From: Spirochaetaceae bacterium
GTDB lineage: Bacteria; Spirochaetota; Spirochaetia; DSM-2461
Direction: 5' to 3'
Assembly (NCBI GenBank): GCA_051531975.1
Contig: JAOPTT010000006.1
Span: forward strand, 622,977-686,976
Length of the DNA: 64,000 nucleotides
A program made the position numbers and the translations under genes. Positions within the stretch are counted from its first letter, which is position 1, and every line of letters starts with the position of its first letter. The notes under the pieces are model-generated. The model was not told the origin of the DNA. It ran no database searches and saw only the letters and a list, made by a program, of their open reading frames with translations. Below, in pieces: positions 52,503 to 61,685 of the stretch.

Positions 52503-52840
52503 TGTGACCAAAACTGTGACCAATTGAAATACAAAGCCGTACTAAACCATACAAAGCGATACAAAGAGTCGACGACCTAAGTTACTAAAGGGTATAAAGT
52601 TATACAAAGAGAGACAAAACCGTACAAATAAAAGACGAGGATTCGATTCCCTCCACCTCCAAAAACTAGACTCTTGTAATTCTATATATACAAAAGAATT
52701 ACAAGAGTTTTTCTTTTTATAAATATTTCAATGTAGCCAGTATGTAGCCAATACGAATAGAAAATGGTCGTTGAAACAGCATTTAAAGCACTCTAGAAGC
52801 TTAAAAAAGTACAATATTCCCAGTGTAACCCTCCACCTCT
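52503..52840 (+). repeat. att-like unit C (composite, like unit A)
   Basis: TGTGACCAA x2 (52503, 52515); GACGAGGATTCGATTCCCTCCACCTCCA (52634-52661); IR 52670-52708; TGTAGCCA x2 (52732, 52743); AACCCTCCACCTCT (52827-52840). Confidence 0.9.
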
Positions 52841-52916
52841 TGCTATGTAAAAGCAGTTAGTATATTAACTGCCTACAGAATCTATCTATGATGGACCATA
52901 TTGTCTAGACTAAATG

Positions 52917-53270
52917 TCAGCCACAAATCTTAATTTGTTTTTCTTTATTATATAAATTATAAAAATATGCTTCATCTGGTGTTCTTTTCCTAAGGGAATT
53001 ATGTGGTCTTCTTAAGTTGTATTTATCAATATATCTATTAATTCCTTGAATCGCTTCTATTGGATTTTCATAATCTTTTAAATAAACTTCTCCATATTTT
53101 AATGTTTTCCAGAATCTTTCGATTGTGATACTTTCTGATTCAGAAGTATCTGGGAAAAATAATCCTAAACAGCGGAATATAATTTTTACAATACTGATAG
53201 GCATATCTCTAAATACAACATCAAACATTAGGATAGCCATTGGAGTTCCTTGATTAGATATAAACATCAT
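52917..53270 (-). pseudogene. IS3-family transposase C-terminal fragment
   Basis: IERFWKTLKY.EVYL..Y, YN..RPH.SL...TP.E.Y. Confidence 0.8.
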
Positions 53271-53351
53271 ATATAACTAGCTAATAAAAACTTCCTATAA
53301 CATATAAAATTTAGAATTGTAATAAAGCATTATCCACTATATTATAAGTAT

Positions 53352-53669
53352 ATGAATCAGGATAAAAAATTAGAAAAAATCAAGGACATAATAGTCGAAA
53401 CTGTACATCCAGATAAAATTATACTTTTTGGATCACGAGCCAATGGTACAAATAAAGACGACAGTGACTATGATATCTTTATACTAAAAAATGGTATTAC
53501 TAATGAAAGAACCATAATTGGTGATGTCAATGTTGCCCTATTTAGGAATCATATTATTGATGATATTGATATTGTCGCAGCTAATCCTGAAAAATTTGAA
53601 AAACACAAAAACAATGACTATTTAGTTTATAAAGATATTTATAACCAGGGAATAACTATTTATGGATAA
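53352..53669 (+). CDS. Minimal nucleotidyltransferase (MNT) antitoxin
   Basis: ILFGSRA.G...DSDYD. Confidence 0.9.
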   Translation: MNQDKKLEKIKDIIVETVHPDKIILFGSRANGTNKDDSDYDIFILKNGITNERTIIGDVNVALFRNHIIDDIDIVAANPEKFEKHKNNDYLVYKDIYNQGITIYG

Positions 53670-54042
53670 GAGCATTGATCCAAAAGAATGGTTGAACAGA
53701 GCTTATGGTTGTTTGCTAAGGGCGAGAAAACCTATTGAAGAAGGTATGTACTATGAAGACTTCTGCTATGACTGCCAGCAAGCAGCTGAAAAAGCTCTTA
53801 AAGCCCTAATCGTTAGATTAGGTCTAGATCTACATAGAACCCACTCTTTTAGAAAACTTCTTAACGAATTAACAAAAAGAATAATTATTCCTGAATCAAT
53901 ATTTGATGTTCTTAAAATTGAAGTATATGCAGTAACAACAAGGTACCCAGATGATTTTATTGAAGTATCTGAAAATGAATATAGAGAAGCATTAGAAATT
54001 GCTCAAAGAGTATATGACTGGACTTCAGAAAATATAAAATAA
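53662..54042 (+). CDS. HEPN-domain protein paired with MNT
   Basis: CQQAAEKALKA, RTH, YAVTTRYP; overlaps the MNT stop. Confidence 0.9.
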   Translation: MDKSIDPKEWLNRAYGCLLRARKPIEEGMYYEDFCYDCQQAAEKALKALIVRLGLDLHRTHSFRKLLNELTKRIIIPESIFDVLKIEVYAVTTRYPDDFIEVSENEYREALEIAQRVYDWTSENIK

Positions 54043-54273
54043 ACTTCTATAAAATCTTACCTTTAGATGAATATAACCATTATTATTGTTTAAACCTTGT
54101 ATTAGATAAATACTAAAAAGTTACGAATTCCGTAAATTTACTAAATTCGAATCACTTCAGGTGTAGAGTTACGTTTCATTGTAACCAAAATTGGATAGCC
54201 ACAACCACTCTATTGTTCATTATGATGCAGTATTGTTTCCTAGAAAGCGAAAGTACTATGTAATCTTGTCAAA

Positions 54274-54432
54274 TGTAGCCAATATTGTAGCCAAAACCCA
54301 GACAAACTGATACAAAACAGTACTAAACTATACAAAGTCTAAGACATCTAAGTTACTAATCTGTATAAAGTTATACAAAATAAAGCAAAGCGATACGAAA
54401 GCTATTGGAGGTTTCGATTCCCTCCACCTCCA
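54274..54432 (+). repeat. att-like unit D
   Basis: TGTAGCCAA x2 (54274, 54286), phased motifs, GGAGGTTTCGATTCCCTCCACCTCCA (54407-54432). Confidence 0.9.
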
Positions 54433-54434
54433 TT

Positions 54435-54770
54435 TTAAGACTTATATAAATCTTTTATTGAAGTGATTAGCGTTGGAATTGTTCTTGAAACAGTTGTCCA
54501 AATTATTTCATAATCAACAACATCATAACCATGAATTAATCGATCCCTCATACCAGCCATAGCTTTCCATGGAATACTTTTATTTGATTCTCTAAAATCA
54601 TCAGGGATTCGCTTACTAGCTTCACCAATAATCTCCAAACATCTTATTACTGCAAATTGAGTTTTTTCATCGTATTTGAACTCATCTTTTGATAGTCCCT
54701 TTATAAACTCTTGGGTTAATTCCATAGATTTTAAAATATCGTTAAGATAGACCTTAAAATCTTTTTTCAC
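54435..54770 (-). CDS. hepT: HepT-like (DUF86) HEPN RNase toxin
   Basis: LEIIGEA, IPW..MAGMRDRLIHGY (RxxxxHxY). Confidence 0.9.
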   Translation of the reverse strand: MKKDFKVYLNDILKSMELTQEFIKGLSKDEFKYDEKTQFAVIRCLEIIGEASKRIPDDFRESNKSIPWKAMAGMRDRLIHGYDVVDYEIIWTTVSRTIPTLITSIKDLYKS

Positions 54771-55063
54771 AGATATTGAACCTCAGATAATATAGATTCA
54801 TTAATTATAGGTTTGAGTGAAGATTTTAGGACGAGATCAACTGTAGTATTTAGATCTTCAGTAAGTTCCTGCTCTAATGTAATAAGATCAAAAAGATCCA
54901 TTTTCGAGGGCCTAGACAAATCAATGAGTATATCAACATCACTGTTAGCATTTTCTTCACCTCTTACATAAGATCCAAAGATACCTATTTCACTAATACC
55001 TGATTCTAGTAATCTCTTTTTCTTTTTAAGAAGTGTATCTTTGATGATGTTTAAGTCTGTCAT
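54767..55063 (-). CDS. mntA: MntA-like nucleotidyltransferase antitoxin
   Basis: IFGSYVRGE....SDVDIL, VDLV...L. Confidence 0.9.
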   Translation of the reverse strand: MTDLNIIKDTLLKKKKRLLESGISEIGIFGSYVRGEENANSDVDILIDLSRPSKMDLFDLITLEQELTEDLNTTVDLVLKSSLKPIINESILSEVQYL

Positions 55064-55191
55064 ATATCCCTCTTACTAATATTATACTACTGCTAATTTT
55101 ATTTAAATAGAAGTAATTAAAATTTTACTTGTCTATTCAAACCTAATATTGAATTATCTACTGCAGATGTCATTAGTGCACATACTGTAAA

Positions 55192-55349
55192 TGTAGCCAA
55201 TATTGTAGCCAAAACCAATTCAAAATGGTACAAAACAGTACTAAACTATACAAAGTCTATGGCTTCTAAATTACGACTCTATATAAAGTTATACAAAATA
55301 AAGCAAAGACATACGAAAGATATTGGAGGTTTCGATTCCCTCCACCTCT
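55192..55349 (+). repeat. att-like unit E
   Basis: TGTAGCCAA x2 (55192, 55204), phased motifs, GGAGGTTTCGATTCCCTCCACCTCT (55325-55349). Confidence 0.9.
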
Positions 55350-55381
55350 AAAGATGTACTTTTTTTATTTAAACAATCTAA

Positions 55382-55480
55382 GTAGCCAAAACAAATTCAA
55401 AGGCATACAAAACCGTACTAAGCGATACAAAAATAAAGGCACCTACCCCTACACAGTATATAAAGTCATACAAAACCATA
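55382..55480 (+). repeat. Partial att-like unit F (arm and phased motifs, no core)
   Basis: GTAGCCAAAAC...CATACAAAACCGTACTAAGCGATACAAA...TATATAAAGTCATACAAAAC. Confidence 0.7.
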
Positions 55481-55536
55481 TTAAGGTAGCTAATATATCT
55501 AAAGCTGAATACCCATGCTATATGTTGATATAGTTT

Positions 55537-56925
55537 TTATACGTCTTTATATGCTTTTACAAGTTGTTCCATAGCACTTCTACCATCACCAAAAAACATT
55601 AAAGTATTATCTGCAATGAATAGTGGATTAGGAATGCCGGCAAAACCAGGTCTTAAACTTCTTTTTATAACTATAACTGTTTTAGCACTATCAACATTTA
55701 AAATAGGCATACCTGATATCGGATTATTCTCTTCACGGGATATTGGATTTACAACATCATTCGCTCCAAGAACAATTACTACATCCATATCTTTAAATCT
55801 TGGATTAATAATATCAAGCTCCAGTAATTTGTCGTAAGAAATATTCTCTTCTGCAAGTAGAACATTCATATGACCAGGCATCCGTCCTGCTACGGGGTGA
55901 ATGCCAAATACAACATTAACACCTCTTTTCTCAAGATCTTCTGAAAGGATACGAACCATACCCTGAGCGTGGGCTACTGCCATACCATACCCAGGAACAA
56001 ATGCAACATTTCTTGCTGATTCTAAAAGCATAGCAATCTCTTCGGCTGATGTCGATTTTGTTTTACCACTATATATGTCCCCTTCATCCACCTGTTTGAT
56101 AATTGCACCAATTCCTCCAAAAAGAACATTAGAAAGAGATCTATTCATAGCTTTACACATTATTCTCGTCAAAATAATACCCGATGCTCCTACTAGTGCT
56201 CCAGCGATTATAAGAACATGATTTGAAAGTACAAAACCAGTAGCTGTAGCAGCTAAACCTGAGTAAGAATTTAGAAGTGCTATAACTATTGGCATATCTG
56301 CACCACCAATTGCAATTACAAGAAAAATACCTAATAGCCCTGCTATTGCTACTAAAACCCAATAATATATTGTTTGATCAGGTTTCTTAATTATAAGAAC
56401 TCCAACAATTATAGACATTAGAAACAGTAGTATTTTTACAGACTGTTCAAGTTTGTATCTAACTGGTTTATCACTTACTATTCCTTGAAGTTTTCCAAAA
56501 GCGATAAAACTTCCTGTAAAAGTAACAGAACCTATTAATCCAGATATTACAACAGAAATTAATAATAAATTGGATGGATTCATACCTGGAAGAGAATACT
56601 CAATTAAAACAGCACCAGCAACTAGAAGTGAAGCTCCTCCACCTAATCCATTAAATAGACCAACCATTTGTGGCATAGCTGTCATTTTAATTTTTACAGC
56701 TGAAATAACTCCAATAACCGAGCCAATTAGTATCCCTAATATAATCAGGTCGTAGCTAATAATCTGTCTGTTCAACAAAGTAATTATTATAGCCAATAAC
56801 ATTCCAACTGCACCCAAAAAGTTTCCACGTACAGCACTTTTGGGATGAGATAATCCCTTTAATCCCAAAATAAACAGTGTTGCTGATAGTAGATAAATAA
56901 AGTTCACAAACGCGGGTGATATCAT
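55537..56925 (-). CDS. pntB: NAD(P) transhydrogenase beta subunit
   Basis: IGGADMP...LNSYSG, VPGYGMAVA.AQ, IHPVAGRMPGHMNVLLAE, GANDVVNP. Confidence 0.97.
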   Translation of the reverse strand: MISPAFVNFIYLLSATLFILGLKGLSHPKSAVRGNFLGAVGMLLAIIITLLNRQIISYDLIILGILIGSVIGVISAVKIKMTAMPQMVGLFNGLGGGASLLVAGAVLIEYSLPGMNPSNLLLISVVISGLIGSVTFTGSFIAFGKLQGIVSDKPVRYKLEQSVKILLFLMSIIVGVLIIKKPDQTIYYWVLVAIAGLLGIFLVIAIGGADMPIVIALLNSYSGLAATATGFVLSNHVLIIAGALVGASGIILTRIMCKAMNRSLSNVLFGGIGAIIKQVDEGDIYSGKTKSTSAEEIAMLLESARNVAFVPGYGMAVAHAQGMVRILSEDLEKRGVNVVFGIHPVAGRMPGHMNVLLAEENISYDKLLELDIINPRFKDMDVVIVLGANDVVNPISREENNPISGMPILNVDSAKTVIVIKRSLRPGFAGIPNPLFIADNTLMFFGDGRSAMEQLVKAYKDV

Positions 56926-57206
56926 TTTTTACCCCTTCCAAATTTCTTTAACATTCTATGGGTAACTACAAAACCTCCAACTACATTTATAGTTGCAAAT
57001 ATTACTGCTATAAGTCCTAGTACTGTTGTTAAAGTAGTTATCTGACTACCGGTTGATAAAATTGCACCAATTAATGATATACCTGATATTGCATTTGAAC
57101 CGGACATAAGGGGTGTATGCAGGATTGGGGATATTTTTGTGATAACCTCAAAACCTACAAAAATTGCCAAAACAAATATTATTAAAAGAACAACAAAATT
57201 TTCCAT
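56922..57206 (-). CDS. pntA: NAD(P) transhydrogenase alpha subunit, membrane part
   Basis: LHTPLMSGSNAISG, INVVGGF.VT.RML; start MENF after GGAGG. Confidence 0.95.
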   Translation of the reverse strand: MENFVVLLIIFVLAIFVGFEVITKISPILHTPLMSGSNAISGISLIGAILSTGSQITTLTTVLGLIAVIFATINVVGGFVVTHRMLKKFGRGKK

Positions 57207-57207
57207 G

Positions 57208-58329
57208 TTACCTCCACTCACCCTCTCTGCATATTAATGTTTTCTCTATAATTTCATCTTCCATATTCATGTTTAATTCACCATCTTTAATTAGAAGATG
57301 TATAAAATTTGATATGTTTTTTGAATATAACTGACTGGAGTGGTTTGCAACTTCTGAAGGTAGATTAGTGCTTCCGATAATTTTTACGCCATCTATGTCT
57401 TTTATTTTATTTGGTTCTGTTAATTCACAATTACCTCCCCCCTCTGCTGCTAGATCTATAATTAGACTCCCTTGAGACATACTGTGTACCATATCGGCTG
57501 TTATTAGAATCGGAGCTTTTTTACCTGGAATAAGTGCTGTTGTAATAACGACATCAGATGCTTTTATAGATGCTGCTAAGAGCTCCCTTTGTTTATCATA
57601 AAACTCTTTATCCATCTCTTTTGCATAACCACCTTTATCCTCTGATCCCCCGGTCTCTAGATCAAGTTCAAGGAATTTAGCCCCAAGACTTTCAACCTGC
57701 TCTTTTGCAGCCGGTCTTATGTCATAACCTGTAATTAGTGCTCCAAGTCTATGGGTTGTAGCTATGGCCTGCAGTCCTGCAACTCCAGCACCTATAACCA
57801 ATATTTTAGACGGAGTAATAGTACCTGCCGCTGTCATCATCATCGGGAATATTTTATGAAGACTATCTGCTGCGATTATAGCTGCTTTATATCCTGAAAT
57901 TGAGGCCATTGAGGATAGAACATCCATGCTCTGGGCTCTTGATATCCTTGGAATCAGTTCAAGCGCAAAGACATTGAGTTTTTTCTCTTTTAGTAAATTT
58001 TTAAACTCTTTCATATTATATGGATTCATAAGACCAATTACTGTGGCCTTATTTCTTATGATATTTATATCTTTTTTTCCCTCTATAGGATTTGAAGCAC
58101 CAGCACGAACCATTATTAGTATATCGGATTTATTAAATATCTCTTCGCGGCTCTCTGTAATAGTGGCCCCTTTCAAACTGTATAGTTCATCTTTAAACCC
58201 TGCGTTTAAACCGGCACCACTTTCGATTAGAACGGAAGAGCCTGCTTTAATGAGTCCTGCAACATGTGCTGGAACCAGTGCAACTCTATTTTCATTTGGG
58301 AAACTTTCTTTTGGAATACCAATAATCAT
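57208..58329 (-). CDS. pntA: NAD(P) transhydrogenase alpha subunit, soluble dI part
   Basis: IGIPKE..ENRVA, PRISRAQSMDVLSS, GAGVAGL, DLAAE.GGNCE; start MIIG after GGAGG. Confidence 0.95.
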   Translation of the reverse strand: MIIGIPKESFPNENRVALVPAHVAGLIKAGSSVLIESGAGLNAGFKDELYSLKGATITESREEIFNKSDILIMVRAGASNPIEGKKDINIIRNKATVIGLMNPYNMKEFKNLLKEKKLNVFALELIPRISRAQSMDVLSSMASISGYKAAIIAADSLHKIFPMMMTAAGTITPSKILVIGAGVAGLQAIATTHRLGALITGYDIRPAAKEQVESLGAKFLELDLETGGSEDKGGYAKEMDKEFYDKQRELLAASIKASDVVITTALIPGKKAPILITADMVHSMSQGSLIIDLAAEGGGNCELTEPNKIKDIDGVKIIGSTNLPSEVANHSSQLYSKNISNFIHLLIKDGELNMNMEDEIIEKTLICREGEWR

Positions 58330-58597
58330 AATCTGATCCTCCCAGTTAAATTGTAATCTGGTGAATCTAAAATGCAATGTTTTTTATTCTGATACTCGTT
58401 TGACGCACCATTATACTCATAAGTAACTTCAATTTAGTTTGACACTCAAGATACTTAAATTCAAAATAATTACTAATTATATTTTGAGAATCAAGATAAA
58501 TAAGAAGTTCACGTGGTAGTAAAAAATTTATATAAGTCTAAATATTAATTAAAAATTTTATATATTAGGTGTGAATATTATTTTGAATATTAAATTA

Positions 58598-58724
58598 AGT
58601 CATCAATTAAGATAATTAACTTTGGTATTGATCGGGTAACAGTCGTCTATATTATCTCATAATCAATAACATCATAACCGTAAGTTAGTCTATATCTCAT
58701 CCCAGCCATTTATATCCAAGGTAT
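58598..58724 (-). pseudogene. Relic of a second HepT/DUF86 gene
   Basis: Minus strand reads IPWI*MAGMRYRLTYGYDVIDYEII*TTVTRSIPK, colinear with the C-terminus of 54435..54770. Confidence 0.8.
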
Positions 58725-58811
58725 AAAACTGTTCAATAAATTAAAGCCTATGTTAATTCTTTTCTCGAGCTAACATGGGCTTTAATCTTTATGACAGCTT
58801 ATTACTTTCTT

Positions 58812-61205
58812 TTATACCCTTGTAGGAATAACATGGGTTTGCGGAAAATTCAGCTGACTTCCTGCTAAAATCTGAGATACAAATGTTATATCCAAATCAA
58901 GAGTTATTTTTAGAACATCTTCAATTGTTTCAACAAGTGAAAATTTTAACTGTTCACGAATTTCTTCTGGAATATCGTTTATATCCTCTTTATTGTCTTT
59001 AGGAAGAAGAACATGTTTTATTCCAGCTCTATGGGCTGCAAGAACCTTTTCTTTTAATCCACCTATTGGTAGAACATCTCCGCTTAGGGTTAATTCACCT
59101 GTCATAGCAATATCAGAGGAAACATTTTGACCTGTCAACAATGAAACAAGTGATGTGAACAGTGTAATACCTGCTGAAGGTCCATCTTTTGGTGTTGCAC
59201 CGGATGGGACATGAATATGAATATCATTCTCGTCAAAATTAAAAGTTCCGGTAAGATGGAATAGTCTTGAACGAATTAAACTTGAAGAAATTATGGCAGA
59301 TTCTTTCATTACATCACCAAGCTGTCCTGTTAGGATCAGATTACCCTTTCCTTTCATCACAGCTGTTTCAATAAATAGAATTTCACCACCAACCGGTGTC
59401 CATGCAAGACCAGTAACAATTCCAGGTAGATTTTTATCCTTAATCCTATCATGCCTGATCTTTTCTTTTCCAAGAATATCGGTAATATTTTCAGTATTTA
59501 CATCATATGGTTTCCCTGTATCATTAGAAACTAACTCTACGCTTGAATATCTTACTATTTGAGTAATTTTCTTCTTTAAACCTCTGACCCCTGCTTCTCT
59601 TGTGTATTTGTCAATTATGATATTAATTACATCATCTGATATTGTAATTTTATTGTCTACAATACCGTGTTCTTCATAAACTGCTGGAACTAGGTGGTTC
59701 TTTGCTATGTGAAACTTCTCATTATTTGTATAACTTGATATTTCAATAACTTCCATTCTATCAAGAAGTGGAGCAGGTATTGTATTTAGAGAATTTGCAG
59801 TAGCAATAAATAGTACATCTGATAAGTCATATGGTACTTCAAGATAGTGATCAGAAAAAGAATTATTCTGTTCTGGATCTAGAACCTCAAGTAGTGCTGA
59901 AAATGGACCACCACCATTGGATGTTGAAAGCTTATCAATTTCATCTAGAACAAATACTGGATTCTTTGATTTTGCTTTTTTAATTCCTGAAATGATTCTT
60001 CCTGGAAGAGCTCCGATATATGTTCTCCTATGTCCACGAATTTCTGCTTCATCTCTAACACCACCAAGACTTGCTCTTACATATTCACGATTAAGAGCCT
60101 TAGCAATACTTTTACCCAGACTGGTTTTACCTGTTCCAGGAGGACCTACTAATAAGATAATAGATCCTTGTTTCTCTTTTTTAAGTTTTAAAACAGCAAG
60201 ATGCTGTATAATTCGTTCCTTAACTTTATCAAGACCAAAGTGTTCTTCGTTTAAAGTCTTCTTTGCATCTTCAAGATTTATATCAGTCAAATCTTTTGTC
60301 TTCCATGGTAACTCTATTAATAAATCTAGATAGTTTTGAATAATAGAAGATTCAGATCCATTTAATCCAACATTTTCAAGTTTTTTTACTTCAGATAAAG
60401 CAACCTTTATCACATCAGAAGGCATTCCAGAAACTTCAATTTTATTTCGATACTCTTCAAACTTATCTGCGTTTCCTTCTCCTTCATCAAGTTCTTTTTG
60501 TATTGTCTTCATCTGCTCTCTTAATAAATTTGTACGATATTGTTTTGTAGTTTTTTCATTCATTTTTTGAGATAGTTCAATTTGAAGATTAATTCTTTCA
60601 TCATTTTTATCTAGTATATCTATAAAATTCAAATATTTACTTTTAAGTGTAGCTGATGTTAGTAGTAGTTGTTTATCTTTTAAACTAACATCCATAAATG
60701 GTAATAAAGATTCTATTATACGATCTAGATCATGAAGCTTTTCTAAATATAGAATAAACTCTTCGGCACCTTTGAATTTTTTACCTGTATCACGTATATG
60801 TTTTTTTATTTTATTCAATAAAACAATTTCTTCGTTTTTAGATAAATCAACTTGGCAATTAAAATCAGAATACGTTGAAAAACACAAATCGCCTTCTAAT
60901 TCCATATCAATGATATTAACAAGGGATTGTCCCTGAACATCAACAATATATCCATCCTCTAACTTTTTTATTTCATTAATGACTAAAGTAGTCCCTACTT
61001 CGTAGAAATCATCCTTCTTTATTCCTTCTAAATTTTTACTTTCCGTAGTTTTTGCTGAAAGTGCTATTGTAGTAATCTCAGAACTACCTTTATACCCATT
61101 AAGTATCTGAGCCATTCGACTGTTTACTTTTACTTTAGCTTTTGATCCCGTATAAATTACAGTGTCAAAAACTGGAATTATCATCGCTTTATTTTTGTTA
61201 TTCAT
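58812..61205 (-). CDS. lon: Lon ATP-dependent protease
   Basis: GPPGTGKTS, RRTYIGALPG, DEIDK, PKDGPSAG, IGGLKEK; start MNNK after GGAGG. Confidence 0.97.
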   Translation of the reverse strand: MNNKNKAMIIPVFDTVIYTGSKAKVKVNSRMAQILNGYKGSSEITTIALSAKTTESKNLEGIKKDDFYEVGTTLVINEIKKLEDGYIVDVQGQSLVNIIDMELEGDLCFSTYSDFNCQVDLSKNEEIVLLNKIKKHIRDTGKKFKGAEEFILYLEKLHDLDRIIESLLPFMDVSLKDKQLLLTSATLKSKYLNFIDILDKNDERINLQIELSQKMNEKTTKQYRTNLLREQMKTIQKELDEGEGNADKFEEYRNKIEVSGMPSDVIKVALSEVKKLENVGLNGSESSIIQNYLDLLIELPWKTKDLTDINLEDAKKTLNEEHFGLDKVKERIIQHLAVLKLKKEKQGSIILLVGPPGTGKTSLGKSIAKALNREYVRASLGGVRDEAEIRGHRRTYIGALPGRIISGIKKAKSKNPVFVLDEIDKLSTSNGGGPFSALLEVLDPEQNNSFSDHYLEVPYDLSDVLFIATANSLNTIPAPLLDRMEVIEISSYTNNEKFHIAKNHLVPAVYEEHGIVDNKITISDDVINIIIDKYTREAGVRGLKKKITQIVRYSSVELVSNDTGKPYDVNTENITDILGKEKIRHDRIKDKNLPGIVTGLAWTPVGGEILFIETAVMKGKGNLILTGQLGDVMKESAIISSSLIRSRLFHLTGTFNFDENDIHIHVPSGATPKDGPSAGITLFTSLVSLLTGQNVSSDIAMTGELTLSGDVLPIGGLKEKVLAAHRAGIKHVLLPKDNKEDINDIPEEIREQLKFSLVETIEDVLKITLDLDITFVSQILAGSQLNFPQTHVIPTRV

Positions 61206-61265
61206 AATGTCCTCCAAATCTAATAAAGTTAGTTAATACTAACCTAACTATATTATTAAAAAAAA

Positions 61266-61685
61266 TTATTTAACTTTACTAAATAATTTTATAAGTGTTT
61301 CAATTTCTTCCTTAGTAAGATTATTTAGAATTCTATCGATTACTCTCTCTATAGTTATTCTTTCATACCTTGCTATCATCTTTCCCTGATCCGTTAAAAA
61401 TATATTTGATATTCTTCCATCATCAGGAGATTTCTCTCTATATACCATATTTAGGTTGATAAACTTATTTATCATCTCAGATATGGTTGGTTTTGAATTA
61501 TTTGTTAACTCAGCAAGCCGACTGAATGTCATATCATCGTACTTATCTATTATTTTAAGATATTCAATTTGTCTTACTGTAAGTTCACTAGCAGCACATG
61601 TTTTTTTTACATTACAAGCACACTCTGATCTTATATTAGATATACTTTCATAAGCTTCTAGTAATAATTCTCTAGTTTCATTCAA
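61266..61685 (-). CDS. MarR-family regulator upstream of lon
   Basis: LT.RQ..YL, SKPTISEMIN, D.R...I.LT..G. Confidence 0.9.
   Translation of the reverse strand: MNETRELLLEAYESISNIRSECACNVKKTCAASELTVRQIEYLKIIDKYDDMTFSRLAELTNNSKPTISEMINKFINLNMVYREKSPDDGRISNIFLTDQGKMIARYERITIERVIDRILNNLTKEEIETLIKLFSKVK

Noticed and set aside
41880..55349. CRISPR repeats or intact tRNA/tmRNA genes at the repeated cores
   Set aside because: Spacing is kilobases and gene-filled. Only the T-loop and 3' acceptor strand are present, with no 5' half, D-arm or anticodon/tag region.
5503..61653. Antisense or nested ORFs from the track (e.g. 5503, 6599, 8407, 14934, 21492, 23864, 29263, 30510, 37378, 42320, 47630, 55616, 57926, 59293, 59917, 61456)
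   Set aside because: Shadow frames of well-supported genes, with no RBS or recognisable motifs.
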